Shown piece after piece: positions 56,993 through 64,000 of a DNA stretch of 64,000 bases. Position 1 is the first letter of the stretch, and every line of letters starts with the position of its first letter. The notes beneath the pieces were generated by a model. That model ran no database searches, had not been told where the DNA came from, and saw nothing but the letters and a program-made list of their open reading frames with translations. The position numbers and the translations under genes were made by a program. The stretch spans positions 302,819 through 366,818 of the forward strand of contig JBAZYN010000001.1 of NCBI GenBank assembly GCA_041659325.1, in the 5' to 3' direction. The DNA is from Candidatus Shapirobacteria bacterium. Its GTDB lineage: Bacteria > Patescibacteriota > Microgenomatia > UBA12405.

Positions 56993-58212
56993 TGGGTACA
57001 AATACAAAACGAAAAATTTTGATGATTACCCCTTATATCCCCAGACTTTCTCAATCAGGCGGTCAAAATAGCTCTTATTATTCTATAAAATACCTTGCCA
57101 AAGATAATGACATTACCCTCATATGTTTTAGTAGGGATGCCGAGGGACTCGAAGAAGTTAAACCTTTTTGTAAAAAGGTCGTCGTCGTCAAGAGAGGCAA
57201 AACCTGGGATCTGAAAAAAATTCTTTCTACCGGTTTCGGGCCTTACCCGTTTTTGGTTACAAACTACATCTCTGCTGAATTCAAAAACGCCATCCAATCA
57301 GAGCTAAACAACAATCGATTTGACCTGATCCACTGCGATTGTTTTTACCCAATGCCAAACATTCCCAAAACCGATATCCCCATCGTCCTGGTTGATTTAA
57401 CAATAGAATATGGAGTCTATCAGCACTTTGTAGAAAATTTAAAAGGTATAAAAAAAATATTTGCTCCATTTCTTTGGATTGATGTCCTAAAACTGAAATA
57501 CTGGGAAACTCACTACTGGAAAAACACCCATACGGTTGTTGCCTTCGGCCACGATGATCAAAAATTAATCTCCCGTGTTACCGGCCGAAACGATATTCAG
57601 GTTTTCCAAAACGGAGTTGACAAAAAATTCTATGATTCGCCGCCAAAATCAAAAAAAAGCAATCAACCTTCGATGATCTTTGGGGTTTCCAATATGAAGT
57701 GGATGCAAAACCGAGAATCCGTCGACATGATAATCAGAGACATTTGGCCCAAAATTAAAAAAGAAATCCCCTCATGTCAGCTTTATATCATCGGTCGTTT
57801 TGCCCCCGACTTTTATGGACACCTCCAGTCAGAAGACATTATAGTCACCGAAGCAGACCACGACGGCGAACCAAAAGACCCTCAATATTACTACCACCTG
57901 TCCTGGATTCTTCTGGCTCCGATGGGCAGTGGGGGTGGAACCAGAAATAAATTTCTGGAGGCCATGGCCTGCCGATTACCAATCGTTACTACTCCGGAGG
58001 GGATGGGGGGAATTGCAATTGAAAATTATAAACACGCCATCGTCTGTGACTTAAAAGATATCACCACAGAGGCCATAAAACTTCTCCGTAACAATAAAAA
58101 AAGATTGCAAATTGGTATTGAGGCCAACAAGCTCATCAAAGAAAAATATTCCTACGAGCAAAGTGTCCGGGAGTTAAACCAAATTTATGAAAATATCACT
58201 CGAAAAAAGTAA
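56992..58212 (+). CDS. Glycosyltransferase family 4
   Basis: MITPYIPRLSQSGGQNSSYYSIKYL is the GT4 N-domain. 406 aa. Confidence 0.55.
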   Translation: MGTNTKRKILMITPYIPRLSQSGGQNSSYYSIKYLAKDNDITLICFSRDAEGLEEVKPFCKKVVVVKRGKTWDLKKILSTGFGPYPFLVTNYISAEFKNAIQSELNNNRFDLIHCDCFYPMPNIPKTDIPIVLVDLTIEYGVYQHFVENLKGIKKIFAPFLWIDVLKLKYWETHYWKNTHTVVAFGHDDQKLISRVTGRNDIQVFQNGVDKKFYDSPPKSKKSNQPSMIFGVSNMKWMQNRESVDMIIRDIWPKIKKEIPSCQLYIIGRFAPDFYGHLQSEDIIVTEADHDGEPKDPQYYYHLSWILLAPMGSGGGTRNKFLEAMACRLPIVTTPEGMGGIAIENYKHAIVCDLKDITTEAIKLLRNNKKRLQIGIEANKLIKEKYSYEQSVRELNQIYENITRKK

Positions 58213-59095
58213 CCATCCGATACTATCCATAGTAATTTTAAATTACAATTCCGGTGAATACCTAAAAAACTGTCTCTTGAGTCTGTATCACTCAACACTA
58301 GCCGCTCAAAATTTTGAAATCATAGTCGTGGACAATTCCTCGACTGACAATAGTATCATCCAGGCCCAAAAAATTTCCGTCCCACACACGAAATTCCTGA
58401 AATTAAAAACAAATAGAGGATTTTCTTTTGGGAACAATAGGGGAGTTGAAGCAACAAACCCTAAAAGTAATTTTATTCTCTTTTTAAACCCCGACACAAT
58501 TGTCAAAGAAGCAACTCTCGAAAAAATGATCGGATTTTTTGAAAAAAATCATCAGGTTGATGCGGCTACCTGTAAAATAATTCTGGCAAAAACCAATCAA
58601 ATTCAACCAGAATGTCACCGGGATTTCCCGACTCCATTAAACGCTTTCATGCATTTTGGCGGTATTTCCAGTCGACAATATTTTATGGAATATCTCGACT
58701 TTTCAAAAACTCAAAAAATTAATGCCTGTGTCGGGGCATTTTTTATGATCAAACGGGAAATCGGAAACAAAGTCGGCTGGTGGAATGAAAAATATTTTAT
58801 GTACGGCGAAGATTTGGACTTTTGTTTTAAATTAAAACTAAAAAAATATAATTTGTTTTATTACCCCAAAACACATATTACTCATTTTCAGGGAATCTCG
58901 TCGGGAATTAAAAAGACCGTCTCTGCCGCCTCCCGCGCCACCAAAGTCCGGTCCGCTCTTGCCACCACCAACGCAATGCGCATTTTCTATCAGGAAAACC
59001 TTTTTTCGAAATACTCACTTTTCACCCAAACCCTCGTCCTTGGCGGAATAAAACTATTGGAAATATTTAGAGTCTTTAAAGCAAAATACCTATGA
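58187..59095 (+). CDS. Glycosyltransferase family 2
   Basis: LSIVILNYNSGEYL ... IIVVDNSSTDNS ... FLNPDT. Confidence 0.65.
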   Translation: MKISLEKSNHPILSIVILNYNSGEYLKNCLLSLYHSTLAAQNFEIIVVDNSSTDNSIIQAQKISVPHTKFLKLKTNRGFSFGNNRGVEATNPKSNFILFLNPDTIVKEATLEKMIGFFEKNHQVDAATCKIILAKTNQIQPECHRDFPTPLNAFMHFGGISSRQYFMEYLDFSKTQKINACVGAFFMIKREIGNKVGWWNEKYFMYGEDLDFCFKLKLKKYNLFYYPKTHITHFQGISSGIKKTVSAASRATKVRSALATTNAMRIFYQENLFSKYSLFTQTLVLGGIKLLEIFRVFKAKYL

Positions 59096-60207
59096 AACAC
59101 CTGGTAATCGATGCCAGACTATATGGCAGCACCCACACCGGTATCGGCCGATATACCAAAAATCTTCTTGTTGCTCTGACAAAAATTCCCGACTTTCAAA
59201 AAGTCAAAACCACTTTAATTGTCTATCCTGAGCTCCTGGATGAAATCAAAAAAGACCTGGGCACTAATTTTTCATACGTCATCACAAATATCCGACATTA
59301 CTCGCTCCAGGAACAGTTATTTCTGCCCTTTTTGCTATACCGGCTCAAACCTAACTTAGTCCATTTTACCCACTTTAATAAACCCCTTTTATATTTTGGA
59401 AAATCACTAGTTACTATCCACGACCTTATCAAACACTTTTTCCATGGCAGACAAGCCACGACTAAAAATTCATTTATGTATTGGCCAAAATATCTGGCCT
59501 ATCTTTTGGTAACCCACATTGTCATAAAAACCAGTGCCATTATAGTTCCGAGTAATTTTTGGAGAAATTATCTAATCAAAAATTATCATGTCTCCCCAAA
59601 AGACATAACTACCACCTACGAAGCCGTCGACCCGAAATTTATTACCAATTACGGATTACCGATTACTAATTACAAAAATTATATTCTGTATACCGGCAAC
59701 CTTTATCCCCACAAAAATATCCGGATAGTAATCGAAGCTCTGAAAAAAATACCTGACTTAAAATTAAAAATCATTTGCGCCAGAAGTATATTTTCTCAGC
59801 GGGCCCAACGACTAATTCAAAAATACCAAATAGAGCAGCAAGTAGAATTTTTGGGCTATGTACCGGACAGCGATTTTAAAAATATTTACCAACATGCTCT
59901 AGCTCTGGTTCATCCTTCTCTTATGGAGGGCTTTAGCCTGACCGGGCTAGAAGCAATGGCCCTGAATTGTCCGGTAATTTCCTCAAACGCCAGTTGCCTC
60001 CCCGAGATTTATGGAGACAAATCAGTCCTCTATTTTGATCCCTACGATCCCGATGATCTGGTTATAAAAATCCAACAACTCCGGTCATCCGACAGGCTTC
60101 GTCAAAAATTGATCAAGTGGGGGCATCTACAAGTTGCCAAATATTCCTGGTCAAAAACAGCCATTCAAACACTAGACCTTTACTCAAAGATACTTTCTAC
60201 AAAATGA
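59092..60207 (+). CDS. Glycosyltransferase family 4
   Basis: ALVHPSLMEGFSLTGLEAMALNCPVISSN. Confidence 0.65.
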   Translation: MKHLVIDARLYGSTHTGIGRYTKNLLVALTKIPDFQKVKTTLIVYPELLDEIKKDLGTNFSYVITNIRHYSLQEQLFLPFLLYRLKPNLVHFTHFNKPLLYFGKSLVTIHDLIKHFFHGRQATTKNSFMYWPKYLAYLLVTHIVIKTSAIIVPSNFWRNYLIKNYHVSPKDITTTYEAVDPKFITNYGLPITNYKNYILYTGNLYPHKNIRIVIEALKKIPDLKLKIICARSIFSQRAQRLIQKYQIEQQVEFLGYVPDSDFKNIYQHALALVHPSLMEGFSLTGLEAMALNCPVISSNASCLPEIYGDKSVLYFDPYDPDDLVIKIQQLRSSDRLRQKLIKWGHLQVAKYSWSKTAIQTLDLYSKILSTK

Positions 60208-61238
60208 AAACACCCAAGGTTGCCCTGTTTTATGATTGGCTCAACCAATGGGGAGGAGCCGAAAGGGTACTTTTAGATCTCCATAAACTATACCCAGACG
60301 CGCCTATTTACACCTTGGTTTACAATCCGGAAAAAACCGCTTGGCTCAAAAACGCAAAAGTTATTACCCCAGATTTTTTGTTCAAATACCCTTTTTTTTA
60401 CCCCTTAATGGCGCAACAGCTCGATTTTTCCGATTATGATATTGTTATCTCGACCACCTCATATTTTGGTCATTGCCTCCTGACCAAACCACCCACCAAA
60501 TATTTTTGTTATTGTCATACTCCAAACCGCTATGTCTGGCATAAAAATTATCTAAAGTTCTATCGCCCTACCGATTATATTTATGGTCAACGACCGGATT
60601 TTTTTATCGCCAGTTCGAAAAATTCACAACAACGGATTTTAAAATTTTACAATCGGGATTCAACACTAATTTATCCCGGCATTGATACCAATAAATTTGT
60701 CCCCAAAGTTACAGATTACAGATTACAGATTACAGATTACTTCCTCATTGTTTCCCGTCTGGTCCCTCACAAAAAAATTGATCTGGCCATTCGCGCTTGT
60801 CTTCAATCTCACCGGCATTTATACATCGCCGGCACCGGCCGTTGTCTTGGACAACTTACTGCCCTGGCTTCCCAAAGCCCATTAATCAAATTCCTGGGTT
60901 ATGTTTCCGAAAAAAAATTACTTAATCTATACCAAAACTGCCGGGCTCTTATTCATCCCCAAGAAGAAGATTTCGGACTTACCGCCCTTGAAGTTCAAAG
61001 TTGCGGTAAGCCAGTAATTGCTTTCAACCAAGGTGGCAGCCTGGAAACAATAATAGATGGGAAAACCGGATTATTTTTCAATAATCAATCCACAGAATCG
61101 CTGACGGAGGCTCTGGAAATTTTTGACTCGTATAATTTCAAGCCAGCAGATTGCCGGCGCAACGCCCTCAGATTTTCAACCCAATCATTTATGCTAAACT
61201 TTAGAAATTACATAAACTCAGTATGCAGTTACCGGTAA
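60204..61238 (+). CDS. Glycosyltransferase family 4, containing a heptanucleotide tandem repeat (candidate phase-variable)
   Basis: Start set at the ATGA overlap (MKTPKVALF). ALIHPQEEDFGLTALEVQSCGKPVIAFN. (TTACAGA)x4.6 at 60709-60740. Confidence 0.6.
   Translation: MKTPKVALFYDWLNQWGGAERVLLDLHKLYPDAPIYTLVYNPEKTAWLKNAKVITPDFLFKYPFFYPLMAQQLDFSDYDIVISTTSYFGHCLLTKPPTKYFCYCHTPNRYVWHKNYLKFYRPTDYIYGQRPDFFIASSKNSQQRILKFYNRDSTLIYPGIDTNKFVPKVTDYRLQITDYFLIVSRLVPHKKIDLAIRACLQSHRHLYIAGTGRCLGQLTALASQSPLIKFLGYVSEKKLLNLYQNCRALIHPQEEDFGLTALEVQSCGKPVIAFNQGGSLETIIDGKTGLFFNNQSTESLTEALEIFDSYNFKPADCRRNALRFSTQSFMLNFRNYINSVCSYR
60709..60740. repeat. Perfect heptanucleotide tandem repeat (TTACAGA)x4 plus TTAC inside the GT4 coding sequence
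   Basis: Direct reading: gTTACAGATTACAGATTACAGATTACAGATTACttcc. Confidence 0.9.
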
Positions 61239-62332
61239 CCCCTAACGACATTTATATTCTAATTCTCTGTGGCGGATCAGGCCCCAGGCTTTGGCCCTTA
61301 TCCCGTGCCGACTCCCCGAAACAATTTTTAAAGCTGTTTGGGCCTAAATCAATTCTCGAACAAACCATCTCCCGCTCCAGAAAAATCACCAGAAAAGAAA
61401 ATATTTATCTAATTACCAACCATAAATATCTTGACAAAGTTCTCAAAGAAACAGCCGGAAAAGTCCTCCCCAAAAACATCCTTTCTGAACCCACAAAGAA
61501 AAACACCACCATGGCGCTAATTTATGGAACTATCGCTATAAAAAACATTAACCCCAATGCCATTATTACCAGTTTTCCCTCCGACCACCTCATCCTTGAT
61601 ACCAATCTTTTCAAAACCACCATCCTCTCTGCCGCTAAACTGGCAAAAAACACCAATTCTATCGTTGCCATAGGCACAAAACCAACCAATCCCAATCCTT
61701 CTTACGGCTACCTTATCCCCAAAGAACAAAAAAAGGGGGTTTTTACAGTTTCAAAATTCGTTGAAAAACCGGATTTTGTACAAGCCCAAAAACTAATCAG
61801 CCAGGATGCTTATTGGAATTCAGGTATTTACACTTTTTCGGCAGAAACATTTGTTAGTGAAATCGCCAAAAACCAACCCGGATATTTCAAGATCCTTAAT
61901 CTCATCGAAAACAATTTACACCACAAAAAAATAATCACCAAAGCTTATCAGCTTTCTGAAAATCTCTCCTTTGATATTGCCATTTCCGAAAAAACAAAAA
62001 ACCTTTTAATGCTTCTGGCTACCTTTGATTGGAGTGATATCGGCGAATGGGGCTCAATTCATAACCGTCTGAAGAAAGACCAAGACGATATTTCAATACT
62101 AAACAAAAAAACTCAAACTATTAGCCATAACTCAAAAAACTGTCTTGTTTCAGGATTAGACAAAAAATTAATCGGGCTTGTCGGAGTCAAGAACCTCGCC
62201 ATTATCGACACTCCTGATGCACTACTTATATGTTCGTTGCAAAACAGCTCAAACGTCCGGGATTTAGTGGGTAAAATTGTTAAAAGCAACAAAACCATTA
62301 GTTATTTTTTGACTAAAAGTTATAATGATTAA
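61223..62332 (+). CDS. Mannose-1-phosphate guanylyltransferase-like nucleotidyltransferase (ManC/GMP family)
   Basis: ILCGGSGPRLWPLSRADSPKQFLKL is the canonical N-terminus of GDP-mannose pyrophosphorylases. 369 aa. Confidence 0.65.
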   Translation: MQLPVTPNDIYILILCGGSGPRLWPLSRADSPKQFLKLFGPKSILEQTISRSRKITRKENIYLITNHKYLDKVLKETAGKVLPKNILSEPTKKNTTMALIYGTIAIKNINPNAIITSFPSDHLILDTNLFKTTILSAAKLAKNTNSIVAIGTKPTNPNPSYGYLIPKEQKKGVFTVSKFVEKPDFVQAQKLISQDAYWNSGIYTFSAETFVSEIAKNQPGYFKILNLIENNLHHKKIITKAYQLSENLSFDIAISEKTKNLLMLLATFDWSDIGEWGSIHNRLKKDQDDISILNKKTQTISHNSKNCLVSGLDKKLIGLVGVKNLAIIDTPDALLICSLQNSSNVRDLVGKIVKSNKTISYFLTKSYND

Positions 62333-62999
62333 CGAAAAGTCGCACAAGCTCTTTTTAAAACAACGGATTGAACTATTTAATCTCTTCAAACGATCGATCG
62401 ACATTTTCGGATCCATCTTTTTGATTTTTCTGTTTTCCCCTATAATGCTTGTTACCGCTGTTTTGGTAAAGCTATCCTCCCCCGGTCCGATCTTTTTTAA
62501 GCAACAAAGGGTAGGTAAAAGTAGTAAACCGTTTCATATGTTCAAATTTCGGTCAATGTACATAGGCGACAATGATAAACGACTAAAAGAAAACTATCCT
62601 GATTTATGGGACAAATACAAAAAGTCAGGCTGGAAACTACCCATGAACGAAGACCCTAGAATTACACCAGTTGGCAAAAAGATTCGCTCACTTACTATCG
62701 ATGAATTCCCCCAACTCTTTAATGTATTAAAAGGCGAAATGAGTTTAACCGGCCCCCGCGCCTACCGGGAAGAAGAACTAAAAGAATATGAGGCAAAATA
62801 CCCTCTCACCAAAAAATATATAGATGATATCCGGTCCGTGAAGCCAGGAATCACCGGTCCGTGGCAAACATCCGGTCGAAATGCTCTAAATTTTGAAGAC
62901 CGGGCCAAACTCGACTCTCATTATGTGAGAACCCTGTCTGTCAGGCAGGAACTCCTGATTCTGATAAAAACTCCTCTGGCTATGATTTCGCGCTGGTAA
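62325..62999 (+). CDS. Polyprenyl-phosphate hexose-1-phosphate transferase (small WbaP/PglC-like 'bacterial sugar transferase')
   Basis: Single N-terminal TM. PGPIFFKQQRVG ... DEFPQLFNVLKGEMSLTGPR ... KPGITGPWQ, hallmark motifs of initiating sugar-phosphate transferases. Confidence 0.75.
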   Translation: MINEKSHKLFLKQRIELFNLFKRSIDIFGSIFLIFLFSPIMLVTAVLVKLSSPGPIFFKQQRVGKSSKPFHMFKFRSMYIGDNDKRLKENYPDLWDKYKKSGWKLPMNEDPRITPVGKKIRSLTIDEFPQLFNVLKGEMSLTGPRAYREEELKEYEAKYPLTKKYIDDIRSVKPGITGPWQTSGRNALNFEDRAKLDSHYVRTLSVRQELLILIKTPLAMISRW

Positions 63000-63028
63000 A
63001 AGAAAATATGTTAGTATAGACTCATAGA

Positions 63029-64000
63029 ATGGAAGAAATTATCAACCTCGCCCCAACCGTCGATACAGAAAGCAAACCGGTGTCTAAACAACCGGGCCAA
63101 AAGCTTCTAAAACAAAAGACTGTCCTCCAAAAAATCCTAACCGTTTTATTTTCCATAATTTGTGTTTTGTTAATTATCATTACTATTACAGGTACTCTGG
63201 CTTTCTTTTTTGTCTATGTCCCCGGTAAAAAGCTTTACGACAAGGTTGACCTGGCAAAAACCGAAGTTGCAAACCTCCAACTTGCTCTATCAGAAAAAGA
63301 CCTAAAGAGAGGACAGGAGAGTTTAGTAGCTCTAAGAAGTCAGCTCTCGACCATTGAATCCGACTATAAAAAACTTTCCCATCTCAGTAAATTACCCTAT
63401 TCAAAAGAGTATTATGCCGACGGTGAACAGGTCATTATTATCGCCAAAGAAGCTCTTGATACAGGTGAAATTATTATAAAAGCGATAGAACCCTACACTG
63501 ATTTTCTCGGGCTAAAAGGTGCTTCCACCGACAGCGGAAAAACCACCGAGGACAGAATCGCCTTTTTAACCCAATCCGTTGAAGGGTTAGTCCCTCATTT
63601 AAAAACAATCGAAGAAAAAGTAGGCAAAATTGAAAGCTCGCTTAATAAAATTGATCCTAACCGTTATCCCGACGAATATAAAAATATAAAAATAAAATCC
63701 ACCCTTCTTAAGGCCAAAGAAACTATTTCAGAAACCCGAAAATTAATCAGAGACGGTAGCCCGATCCTCACCAAAACCTCCTGGCTTTTGGGCAAAGATA
63801 AACCCCGAACCTACTTAATGATTTTTCAAAATGATGCCGAGCTTCGGCCCACCGGTGGTTTCTGGACCGCCTATGGATTATTGAAAGTCACCGACGGCAA
63901 GTTTACCCCCTTGGGTTCCGACGATATTTATTCGCTTGATGCCAAGTTCAACAGCACGATTCCCGCTCCCCGGCCGATAAAAGCCTATCACATCAACGTC
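63029..64000 (+). CDS. DUF4012-domain protein, N-terminal part (the 3' end lies outside the window)
   Basis: Open frame from ATG 63029 to the window end (324 codons). N-terminal TM helix. MIFQNDAELRPTGGFWTAYG matches the conserved DUF4012 core. Confidence 0.5.
   Translation, partial: MEEIINLAPTVDTESKPVSKQPGQKLLKQKTVLQKILTVLFSIICVLLIIITITGTLAFFFVYVPGKKLYDKVDLAKTEVANLQLALSEKDLKRGQESLVALRSQLSTIESDYKKLSHLSKLPYSKEYYADGEQVIIIAKEALDTGEIIIKAIEPYTDFLGLKGASTDSGKTTEDRIAFLTQSVEGLVPHLKTIEEKVGKIESSLNKIDPNRYPDEYKNIKIKSTLLKAKETISETRKLIRDGSPILTKTSWLLGKDKPRTYLMIFQNDAELRPTGGFWTAYGLLKVTDGKFTPLGSDDIYSLDAKFNSTIPAPRPIKAYHINV

Noticed and set aside
1-64000. CRISPR arrays, transposases, integrases, rRNA/tRNA genes, toxin-antitoxin or defense systems
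   Set aside because: I found no direct-repeat/spacer periodicity, no DDE or tyrosine-recombinase motifs, and no structured RNA candidates on either strand. The window is a biosynthetic island, not a mobile or defense island.

Overview
This 64 kb window is almost entirely one large surface-glycan biosynthesis island. The genome is low-GC (by eye roughly 38%) and densely packed, with about 65 ORFs. I count about 21 glycosyltransferases (GT2 and GT4), seven class-I SAM methyltransferases, and two radical-SAM enzymes (one B12-binding, one SPASM-type). There are three acetyltransferases (two hexapeptide, one GNAT), an MBOAT/DHHW O-acylation pair and a pyruvyltransferase-like gene. The nucleotide-sugar genes are GalE, a ManC-like guanylyltransferase, a DegT aminotransferase, a fused SDR/Gfo-Idh-MocA enzyme and a Glf-like flavoprotein. 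Two export routes are co-located: an ABC-2 permease plus ATPase (Wzm/Wzt-like), and Wzx-like, Wzy-like and WbaP-like components. Several large GT-C-type polytopic membrane proteins are present, and a partial DUF4012 gene sits at the 3' edge. I saw no rRNA, tRNA, CRISPR array, transposase or integrase. Genes are translationally coupled (many ATGA stop/start overlaps) and mostly lack Shine-Dalgarno motifs. TGA and TAG are both genuine stop codons here. The most interesting local signals are: (1) a perfect heptanucleotide tandem repeat inside a GT4 gene, a candidate phase-variation switch; (2) a decayed Avd-like four-helix-bundle gene wedged between wzm and wzt, whose only in-frame stop is a TGA exactly at the conserved Gly, flanked by an octamer-repeat/inverted-repeat structure; (3) a GT2 - DUF2304 - Glf-like flavoenzyme - SMR-like - GT-C module suggesting a lipid-linked, possibly furanose, sugar donor pathway; (4) tandem GH130/DUF377-like beta-propeller paralogs embedded in the biosynthetic operon; (5) a pseudogene with a single in-frame TAG. 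Taxonomic placement (CPR/Patescibacteria-like) is an inference from DUF4012, low GC, SD-poor starts and gene density. Every family assignment is from reading the translations by eye, with no database search.
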